Source: Pelagibacterales bacterium SAG-MED48 (GTDB taxonomy: Bacteria; Pseudomonadota; Alphaproteobacteria; Pelagibacterales; Pelagibacteraceae). From it: 32,000 nucleotides of DNA. Shown piece after piece: positions 24,790 through 32,000 of this stretch. The translations under genes and the position numbers were made by a program. The notes under the pieces are model-generated. The model worked only from the letters and a program-made list of their open reading frames with translations, was not told the origin of the DNA and did no database searches. The DNA lies in the NCBI GenBank assembly GCA_014653375.1, contig JACWEP010000005.1, positions 7,251 through 39,250 on the forward strand. Reading direction: 5' to 3'. Position 1 is the first letter of the stretch. Each line of letters begins with the position of its first letter.

Positions 24790-25552
24790 CGATGAAAATG
24801 AAGGTGGTTTTGTAAGTCACTTAACAGAATTAAGAAAAAGACTTATTCATAGTTTTATATTTCTTTTTATTTTTTTTATTGGTTGTTATTTTTTTGCAGA
24901 ACATATTTATGGTTTTTTAGTGGATCCATTTGCAAAGGCTGTTAAAGATGATGGCTCTAGTAGAAGACTAATTTTTACTGCTTTACAAGAAACATTTTTA
25001 ACATACTTAAAAGTTTCTTTCTTTACTGCTTTTTTTGTTACCTGCCCATTTATATTAATGCAAATATGGAAATTTATTGCTCCTGGATTATATAAGCATG
25101 AAAAAATTGCCATAATTCCTTATTTAATTCTTACTCCAATTCTTTTTTTTCTAGGCGGTATGCTTGTGTATTATTTAATAATGCCCCTAGCGATTAAATT
25201 TTTTTTATCATTTGAAAGTACTGGTCTTTCAACAAGTCTTCCCATTCAACTTGAAGCTAAAGTAAATGAATACTTATCTTTAGTAATGAAGTTAATTTTT
25301 GCATTTGGTATCAGTTTTCAGTTACCTGTAGTTCTAAGTTTATTAGCAAGGGTAGGGATTGTTGATAGCAAATTCTTAAGAGAGAGAAGAAAATATGTTG
25401 TTGTAATTATTTTTGCTGCAGCAGCTTTATTAACACCACCAGATCCAATAACACAAATCGGTTTAGCTATTCCATTATTAATTTTATATGAATTATCAAT
25501 ATTTTCGGTAAAATTTATAGAAAATAAAAATTTAAAAAATAAAGATGCATAA
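24782..25552 (+). CDS. tatC: Twin-arginine translocase subunit TatC
   Basis: 256 aa with six TM segments. It has HLTELRKRLI and the LTPPDPITQ motif. Confidence 0.9.
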   Translation: MNNDENEGGFVSHLTELRKRLIHSFIFLFIFFIGCYFFAEHIYGFLVDPFAKAVKDDGSSRRLIFTALQETFLTYLKVSFFTAFFVTCPFILMQIWKFIAPGLYKHEKIAIIPYLILTPILFFLGGMLVYYLIMPLAIKFFLSFESTGLSTSLPIQLEAKVNEYLSLVMKLIFAFGISFQLPVVLSLLARVGIVDSKFLRERRKYVVVIIFAAAALLTPPDPITQIGLAIPLLILYELSIFSVKFIENKNLKNKDA

Positions 25553-26804
25553 TTTAAAGGAAATAAGAAAAAACTTTTCTGAATTTGCTAAATCATTAGA
25601 AAAAAGATCAGTTAACGTTGATTTTACCAATCTAGAAAAGTTAGATGAATTAAATAGAGAATTAATACAAAAAAAAGAGTCTTTAGAAAATGAAAAAAAA
25701 GAAATTTCAAAATCTAAAGATGAGAGTTTATTTAAAAAATCTAAAGAAATTTCTATTGAATTAGAAAAAATTTCTGAAAATCAAAAAAATACAAAGGGAA
25801 AACTAGATGAAATTTTATCCAATATTCCAAATATACCAAATTCAGATGTTCCAGATGGAAAAGATGAAAATGATAATATTGAAGTTTTAAAATCTGGAAA
25901 AATAACTGAATTTGATTTTAAACCTAAGTCTCATTATGAATTAGGTGAAAATTTACGAATGCTTGATTTTGATCTTGCAACTAAAACTACAGGCTCAAGG
26001 TTTGTTTTTGTTAAGGATAAATTGGCATTACTAGAGAGAGCTTTATCAAATTTTATGCTTGATACACATGTTACTCAAAATAAATATCAAGAAATTTCAC
26101 CACCATTAATTGCTTCTGACAATACAATGTTTGGTACAGGTCAACTACCAAAGTTTGAAAATGATCAATTTGAGATTAAATTTGACGAAGGTTCTGATAG
26201 AAAATTTTTAATTCCTACAGCAGAAGTTATTTTAACAAATATAGTTAAAGATCAAATATTGGATCGTAACAACCTTCCATTAAGATATGTTGCTTCAACC
26301 CCATGTTTTAGAAAAGAAGCTGGTAGCTATGGGAAAGATACAAAAGGTATGATTAGACAACATCAATTTTATAAAGTTGAGATGGTTAGTATTGTTGAAA
26401 AAGAAAATTGTTTAGAAGAACTTGAGAGAATGACTAATTGTGCAACAGATATTTTGGATAAATTAGAATTACCTTATAGAAAAGTTATTTTATGCACCGG
26501 TGATATGGGTTTTTCTGCAGAAAAAACTTATGACATTGAAGTATGGCTTCCTTCAGAAAATAAATATCGTGAAATTTCATCTTGCTCATCATGCTCAACA
26601 TTCCAAGCACAGAGAATGAAAACTCGTTATAAAAATGAAAAAAAAGAAACAGTTTTTGTGGGAACATTGAACGGAAGCGGTTTAGCTATTGGTAGAACAT
26701 TGATCGCCGTTTTAGAAAACTATCAACAAAAAGATGGATCTATAATAGTGCCAAAGGTTCTAAGACCTTATATGAATAATTTAGAATTAATTTTGGTCAA
26801 ATAG
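25545..26804 (+). CDS. serS: Serine--tRNA ligase
   Basis: 419 aa. It has an N-terminal coiled-coil arm and class II motifs (FRKEAGSYGKDTKGMIRQHQFYKVE, GSGLAIGRTLIAVLENYQ). Confidence 0.93.
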   Translation: MHNLKEIRKNFSEFAKSLEKRSVNVDFTNLEKLDELNRELIQKKESLENEKKEISKSKDESLFKKSKEISIELEKISENQKNTKGKLDEILSNIPNIPNSDVPDGKDENDNIEVLKSGKITEFDFKPKSHYELGENLRMLDFDLATKTTGSRFVFVKDKLALLERALSNFMLDTHVTQNKYQEISPPLIASDNTMFGTGQLPKFENDQFEIKFDEGSDRKFLIPTAEVILTNIVKDQILDRNNLPLRYVASTPCFRKEAGSYGKDTKGMIRQHQFYKVEMVSIVEKENCLEELERMTNCATDILDKLELPYRKVILCTGDMGFSAEKTYDIEVWLPSENKYREISSCSSCSTFQAQRMKTRYKNEKKETVFVGTLNGSGLAIGRTLIAVLENYQQKDGSIIVPKVLRPYMNNLELILVK

Positions 26805-26849
26805 AGTTGTTTTCGACATTAAGATAGTATAATAATTCACATAATTTAT

Positions 26850-26855
26850 AAGGAG
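26850..26855 (+). promoter_or_regulatory. Shine-Dalgarno AAGGAG for yajC (a TATAAT hexamer lies at 26828-26833 upstream)
   Basis: AAGGAG sits 4 nt before the ATG at 26860. TATAAT at 26828-26833 is a possible -10 for a yajC-secDF transcript. The -35 is poor (TTGTTT with a 15-bp spacer). Confidence 0.45.
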
Positions 26856-26859
26856 ATTT

Positions 26860-27150
26860 ATGGAAGGCTCAGGAATAGGACAATTTATACCATTAATTTT
26901 AATTTTTGTTATTTTTTATTTTTTCTTAATAAGACCTCAACAAAAAAAAGTTAAAGAGCATAAGGCGATGGTAGAAAATTTAAAAAGAGGAGATAAAGTA
27001 ATCACCTCTGGTGGTATCACTGGTACAGTTGAGAGATTAATTGATAATGATAAAGTTGAAGTAGAAATAGCTGATAATGTTAAAGTAGAAATTGTAAAAG
27101 CTACTGGTATCCAAGGGCTGCTAAATGTTGCTCAAGAAGTAAAAAAATAA
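26860..27150 (+). CDS. yajC: Preprotein translocase subunit YajC
   Basis: 96 aa. FYFFLIRPQQKKVKEHKAMVENLKRGDKVITSGGITGTV is canonical YajC. Confidence 0.88.
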   Translation: MEGSGIGQFIPLILIFVIFYFFLIRPQQKKVKEHKAMVENLKRGDKVITSGGITGTVERLIDNDKVEVEIADNVKVEIVKATGIQGLLNVAQEVKK

Positions 27151-27166
27151 TTAATTTTTAAATTAA

Positions 27167-28720
27167 GTGCTTTATTTTTCAAAGTTACGTATTTTATTTA
27201 TAAGTCTATTTTCACTTTTATTTATTTTAATTGCCTCATCAAATTTGTTTAAAGTAGATGAAGGTTTTTTTGATAAAAAAATTAATCTAGGACTTGATTT
27301 ACAAGGTGGGTCTTATCTTTTATTAGAAATTGATAATGATCCAGTTATAGAGCAAAAATTACAAAATTTAACATCCACTATTAGAAATTATTTCAAAGAT
27401 AAAGATATTAAGATTAATAATATTAAAATTGATAAACAAAATATTTTCTTTAATGTTTTGGATCAAAATAAAAAAATCATTATTGATACATTTGAGGATG
27501 AAAATAGTGATATTAACCCTTATTACCCAACATTTAAATCACATCAATTAATACTCGAGGATACTGGTCTTAACTTTAAAGTCAGTTTTTCTAAACAAGG
27601 ATTGATTGCTCTTAAAACATCATCTCAAGACCAAGCAATAGAAATTGTAAGACGAAGAATTGACGAAGTTGGTACTAATGAGCCCAATATATTAAAAAGA
27701 GGTAACAACAGAATTTTAGTTGAATTACCAGGATTAGATGACCCTATGAGAGTTAAATCACTTTTGGGTAAAACTGCTAATTTAACATTCAGATTTGTAA
27801 CAAATGATAATAATGACAGATTTGGAGTAGATAAATTAAAATTTGAAGATGGTTTAGATGAAGCAACTGTTAGTAAAAGAATTATAATAAGTGGTGATAA
27901 TCTTTTAGATGCCCAACCAAAGATGGATGCCCAAACTAATCAAACAATAGTTTCTTTTTCTTTAGATAGAGTAGGTGCTAAAAGATTTGGTAAGGCTACA
28001 TCAACAGGTATAGGTAAACAACTTGCTATTGTATTAGATGGTAAAATTATAAGTGCACCAGTGATTAGAGACACTATTGCTAGTGGCTCTGGACAAATTA
28101 GTGGTGGTTTTACATTTCAGTCAGCAACAGATTTAGCTTTATTGTTAAGATCTGGAGCATTGCCAGCCCCACTAAATATTATTGAAGAAAGAACTGTTGG
28201 TCCTGATTTAGGACAAGATTCTATAAATGCTGGAATGATAGCATTAGCCATAGGTTTTCTTTTGGTTATAATTTTTATGTTCGTAAAGTATCGAATATTT
28301 GGGTTAATAACTAATGTTACATTGATTATAAATTTATTTATTCTTTTAGGAATATTAACTCTTTTTGAGGCTACATTAACTTTACCTGGAATAGCTGGTA
28401 TTATTTTAACAGTGGGTATGGCTGTTGATGCCAATGTTTTAATTTTTGAGAGAATTAAAGAAGAATTAAAAGATGAAAAGAATAATATTATAGCCTTTGA
28501 TAGTGGTTACACAAAATCAAGAACTGCAATTATCGATGCTAATATTACAACTTTGTTAGCAGCTATTATTCTTTTCTTTATGGGATCTGGCCCAGTGAAA
28601 GGTTTTTCTGTAACTCTTGGAGTTGGAATTTTTACAACATTATTTTCCGTTTATTTTATAGCAAGATTATTTACTAGCATCTACGTATCTAAAAATAGAA
28701 ATAAGGAGAAATTAATTTAA
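27167..28720 (+). CDS. secD: Protein translocase subunit SecD
   Basis: 517 aa with a GTG start. It has LGLDLQGGSYLLLE, a large periplasmic domain and a C-terminal 6-TM region with TLPGIAGIILTVGMAVDANVLIFERIKEE. Confidence 0.92.
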   Translation: MLYFSKLRILFISLFSLLFILIASSNLFKVDEGFFDKKINLGLDLQGGSYLLLEIDNDPVIEQKLQNLTSTIRNYFKDKDIKINNIKIDKQNIFFNVLDQNKKIIIDTFEDENSDINPYYPTFKSHQLILEDTGLNFKVSFSKQGLIALKTSSQDQAIEIVRRRIDEVGTNEPNILKRGNNRILVELPGLDDPMRVKSLLGKTANLTFRFVTNDNNDRFGVDKLKFEDGLDEATVSKRIIISGDNLLDAQPKMDAQTNQTIVSFSLDRVGAKRFGKATSTGIGKQLAIVLDGKIISAPVIRDTIASGSGQISGGFTFQSATDLALLLRSGALPAPLNIIEERTVGPDLGQDSINAGMIALAIGFLLVIIFMFVKYRIFGLITNVTLIINLFILLGILTLFEATLTLPGIAGIILTVGMAVDANVLIFERIKEELKDEKNNIIAFDSGYTKSRTAIIDANITTLLAAIILFFMGSGPVKGFSVTLGVGIFTTLFSVYFIARLFTSIYVSKNRNKEKLI

Positions 28721-29607
28721 TGATCGCTTTTAATAAATATTATAATCATTTTAATGTTGTTTCTACATTTTTAATAGTTGCTTCATTAATATTGTTAGTT
28801 TTTAAAGGTTTAAATTTCGGTATCGATTTTAAAGGTGGAACTTTAATTGAACTTAGATCTACTGATACAAAAATCAGTGTAAGTTCTTTACGAGATAAAT
28901 TTAGTCAAATGAATCTAGGAGATGTTTCTGTTAAAAAATTTGGCAATGATACTGATTATCTAATTAAATTTGAAAATAAAGACAATAAAAAGAATATTAT
29001 TGAGGAAATTAAATCAAACTTAGATAAATCATTTGGAAATAACTTTAATTTTAGAAGAGTTGAAAATGTTGGCCCTAAAGTTAGTGCAGAATTACTAAAA
29101 TCTGGAGTGATTGCTATATCCTTGTCTCTTGCAATAATGCTTTTTTATATTTGGATAAGATTTGAGTGGCAATTTAGCCTAGGAGCTATTTTAGCCCTAT
29201 TTCACGATGTTATAGTAACACTAGGTGTTTTTTCTTTATTTAGTCTTGAAATTAATCTTTCAATTATTGCTGCTGTCTTAACTATTGTTGGTTACTCTAT
29301 GAATGACACTGTTGTTATATTTGACCGTGTCAGAGAAAATCTTAGAAAATATGCTGATATAAAGATTTATGAACTTACAAATATTTCAATAAATGAAACT
29401 TTATCGAGAACGATAATAACATCAGCCACGACATTACTTGCTTTATCAGCTATATATTTGTTTGGTGGTGAAATTTTAAAAGGTTTTTCTCTAGCAATGA
29501 TATTGGGTGTTATTTTTGGAACCTATTCTTCAATATATATAGCAAATACTGTGTTGGTCAGATTAAAAGTTTCTCAAAAAACAGTCTTAAGAGAAGACAA
29601 AGAATAA
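28720..29607 (+). CDS. secF: Protein translocase subunit SecF
   Basis: 295 aa. It has GIDFKGGTLIEL and GYSMNDTVVIFDRVRENL motifs. Its start overlaps the secD stop. Confidence 0.92.
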   Translation: MIAFNKYYNHFNVVSTFLIVASLILLVFKGLNFGIDFKGGTLIELRSTDTKISVSSLRDKFSQMNLGDVSVKKFGNDTDYLIKFENKDNKKNIIEEIKSNLDKSFGNNFNFRRVENVGPKVSAELLKSGVIAISLSLAIMLFYIWIRFEWQFSLGAILALFHDVIVTLGVFSLFSLEINLSIIAAVLTIVGYSMNDTVVIFDRVRENLRKYADIKIYELTNISINETLSRTIITSATTLLALSAIYLFGGEILKGFSLAMILGVIFGTYSSIYIANTVLVRLKVSQKTVLREDKE

Positions 29608-29619
29608 TAATTTAAAATT

Positions 29620-30222
29620 TTAATAAAGATTTTGAGCTGCTACCATTGTAAGTAACATCGGTATAGAAAGTAATGTATTAGTTCTTGAAAATAACATCGC
29701 AGTTTTAGCAGATTTAGCTTTTAAATCTGGGTCACATTCAACTATTCCCAAAGCTCTTTTTTGATTAGGCCAGATAACAAACCAAACATTAAATGCCATA
29801 ATAACACCAAGCCACATCCCGATACCTATTGCTGTATGTTTTGGAATTCCTGAGCCAATACTTAATGTCATAGCATCGTGTAAATAACCATTTAAGTAAG
29901 CAACAATGAAACCAGACAAAATTGTTAATGCTGCAGCCCATCTAAAATAAAATAACGCAGCAGGTGCAATTACTTTTCCAATAGCAGGTTTTTGCTCATC
30001 AGGAATTTTACCCATATTTGGAATTTGTACAAAATTGAAATACCACAACAAACCAATCCACATGGTAGCAACTACGACATGAGTAAATCTAGCCAGCCAA
30101 CTCCAAAATAAAGTATCAAAAGCAAACCCCTCATTTAAATAAAATAATCCTAAAAATAATAATATCGCTAAAGCTAACGATGCGTGAATTGTTTTTGATA
30201 ATGATGATAATAAATTACTCAT
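29620..30222 (-). CDS. Conserved polytopic membrane protein (resembles the N-terminal membrane domain of PuuD-type urate hydroxylases); function unknown
   Basis: 200 aa with about 5 TM segments. WLARFTHVVVATMWIGLLWYFNFVQ recalls the RWxHxxxGxxWIG motif of that membrane domain. There is no cytochrome c CxxCH. Family assignment is tentative. Confidence 0.55.
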   Translation of the reverse strand: MSNLLSSLSKTIHASLALAILLFLGLFYLNEGFAFDTLFWSWLARFTHVVVATMWIGLLWYFNFVQIPNMGKIPDEQKPAIGKVIAPAALFYFRWAAALTILSGFIVAYLNGYLHDAMTLSIGSGIPKHTAIGIGMWLGVIMAFNVWFVIWPNQKRALGIVECDPDLKAKSAKTAMLFSRTNTLLSIPMLLTMVAAQNLY

Positions 30223-30276
30223 GATTCTTAAAGTTTATACACTAAATTGATGATAATTTTAACATTATTTAATTTT

Positions 30277-32000
30277 TTAATTTAATAAATTCTTTAAAAA
30301 TTGACCAGTATAACTGCCTGATACTTTACAAACTTCTTCAGGTTTTCCTTCTGCGATAATATTACCACCCTTAACACCTCCTTCAGGTCCCATATCAACA
30401 ATATAATCAGCTGTTTTTATCACATCTAAATTGTGTTCAATGACAACAACAGTATTTCCAAGTTTAACAAATGTATGAAGTATTTCTAATAATTTTTTAA
30501 TATCATGTTGGTGAAGTCCTGTTGTAGGTTCATCTAATATATACATTGTTCTACCAGTTGATCTTTTTGATAATTCTTTAGCTAATTTAATTCTTTGAGC
30601 TTCACCACCAGATAGTGTTGTGGCCTGTTGTCCTATTTTAATATAACCTAAACCTACTTTTTTAAGAGTAAGTAGTTTAGTTTTAATATTTGATATATTT
30701 TCAAAATATTCACATCCTTCATCAACAGACATATTTAAAACATCAGCAATACTTTTGTCTTTAAATTTTATTTCAAGTGTTTCTCTATTGTATCTGGTAC
30801 CTTTACACTCATCACATTGAATATAGACATCTGGTAAAAAATGCATTTCATAAGTAATAACACCATCACCTTCACATACCTCACATCTTCCACCCTTTAC
30901 ATTAAACGAAAACCTACCAGGTTTATAACCTCTAGTTTTAGACTCGGGTAAGCTTGTAAACCAATCTCTGATCGGTCCAAACGCTCCTGTATATGTTGCA
31001 GGATTTGATCTCGGAGTTCTTCCAATAGGTGATTGATCAATGTCAATAATCTTATCAATTAATTCGACACCTTTATAACTTTTAAAAGCTTTTGGAGCTT
31101 TTCTAGCTTTACTATTCAAAGTTAAATTTAGTGCGTGATATAACGTTTGTAATATTAGAGTTGATTTTCCACTACCAGAAACACCAGTAATACATGTAAA
31201 ACTTCCAGTAGGAATTTTAAGATTTACATTATTAAGATTATTTCCGCTAGCACCACTAATTTCAACAAATCTACCATTTTTTGCTAGCCTTCGAGTTTTA
31301 GGAATTTCTATTGACTTTTTATTAGATAAATATTGACCTGTAATACTATTCTTATCTTTTTTGATTTGATCAAATGTACCTTGTGAAGTAATTTGACCTC
31401 CATTGGTACCTGCTTGTGGCCCCATATCTATTATATGGTCTGCATTCTCCATAGTCTCTGTATCATGCTCAACAACAATAACTGTATTCCCTAAATCCCT
31501 TAATCTTTTTAGTGCATTAATAAGTTTAACATTGTCTTTTTGATGCAATCCTATTGATGGTTCATCTAAAACATATAAAACACCTGTTAACCCAGAACCA
31601 ATTTGAGAAGCTAATCTAATTCTTTGTGCCTCACCACCTGATAAAGTTCCTGACTCTCTAGATAATGTCAAATAGTCCAATCCAACATTAAGTAAAAAAT
31701 TAAGTCTTTCATTAATTTCTTTTAATACATGTTCTGCAATTTTGAATTGTCTTTTATCTAGGTTTTTTTCTAAATTTTTAAACCATTCTGCTGAGTCTAA
31801 GATCGATTTTTTGGTAACTTCACTAATGTTGTGGTTATCAATTTTAACACATAAAGCCTCTTCTTTTAATCTATCGCCGTTACATCCTTCACAAGCAGAA
31901 TCTGACTGATATTCAGCAATAGCTTCTCTTTTCCATTCACTATCAGACTCTAAAAATCTTCTTTCAAGATTATTGATTACGCCTTCAAAAGTTTTTTTAT
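30277..32000 (-). CDS. uvrA: Excinuclease ABC subunit A, C-terminal roughly 574 aa (gene continues past the right edge)
   Basis: It has two ABC signature/Walker sets ([45 protein letters not shown]) and the zinc module CEVCEGDG...CDECKG. The frame stays open upstream of the track's Met at 31680 (..[16 protein letters not shown]..). Confidence 0.93.
   Translation of the reverse strand, partial: KKTFEGVINNLERRFLESDSEWKREAIAEYQSDSACEGCNGDRLKEEALCVKIDNHNISEVTKKSILDSAEWFKNLEKNLDKRQFKIAEHVLKEINERLNFLLNVGLDYLTLSRESGTLSGGEAQRIRLASQIGSGLTGVLYVLDEPSIGLHQKDNVKLINALKRLRDLGNTVIVVEHDTETMENADHIIDMGPQAGTNGGQITSQGTFDQIKKDKNSITGQYLSNKKSIEIPKTRRLAKNGRFVEISGASGNNLNNVNLKIPTGSFTCITGVSGSGKSTLILQTLYHALNLTLNSKARKAPKAFKSYKGVELIDKIIDIDQSPIGRTPRSNPATYTGAFGPIRDWFTSLPESKTRGYKPGRFSFNVKGGRCEVCEGDGVITYEMHFLPDVYIQCDECKGTRYNRETLEIKFKDKSIADVLNMSVDEGCEYFENISNIKTKLLTLKKVGLGYIKIGQQATTLSGGEAQRIKLAKELSKRSTGRTMYILDEPTTGLHQHDIKKLLEILHTFVKLGNTVVVIEHNLDVIKTADYIVDMGPEGGVKGGNIIAEGKPEEVCKVSGSYTGQFLKNLLN

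Noticed and set aside
24337-25113. Minus-strand ORFs 24337..24555 and 24907..25113
   Set aside because: They are antisense to tatA and tatC, both of which have canonical motifs.
26485-28434. Minus-strand ORFs 26485..26667 and 28117..28434
   Set aside because: They are antisense to serS and secD, so they are shadow ORFs.
1-32000. Mobile-element, CRISPR, tRNA/rRNA or defence-system content
   Set aside because: I saw no integrase, transposase or recombinase ORF and no spaced direct-repeat array. No intergenic gap is large or structured enough for a tRNA or rRNA. The accessory character of the left half rests on gene content only.

Overview
By eye this is a very AT-rich, extremely compact alphaproteobacterial segment. 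Many genes share start/stop overlaps such as ATGA or TAATG, and several convergent genes overlap at their 3' ends. Composition, compaction and gene order fit a SAR11/Pelagibacterales-type genome, but that assignment is inference only. The left half (about 1-15600) is an accessory phosphorus/arsenic block. It holds a MIP channel and LMW-PTP arsC, an orphan PhnZ-like HD-domain protein, a frameshifted MFS transporter and a small secreted protein. It then carries a full C-P lyase phosphonate system split into phnF-phnCDEE (minus strand), phnGHIJKLN (plus), a 2H-phosphoesterase-like ORF (minus) and phnM (plus). The block ends in a decayed locus with two paralogous 3-TM mini membrane genes and an arsC-like remnant. 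A zur gene follows, with a perfect 22-bp Zur-type palindrome abutting its ATG, translationally coupled to a His-rich membrane protein. The right half is conserved housekeeping synteny: Ldh_2 oxidoreductase, xthA, erpA, dgt, argS, small membrane ORF, nagZ, scpAB, tatABC, serS, yajC-secDF, a membrane protein and uvrA (partial). I saw no tRNA/rRNA, CRISPR array, integrase or transposase. The best candidates for undescribed biology are four. First, the 2H-family ORF sits where a PhnP function is needed. Second, an orphan PhnZ-like oxygenase is paired with an MFS gene. Third, zur is coupled to a His-rich membrane protein. Fourth, a mini-membrane protein pair flanks the arsC remnant. All functional calls rest on motif recognition by eye; no database search was run.
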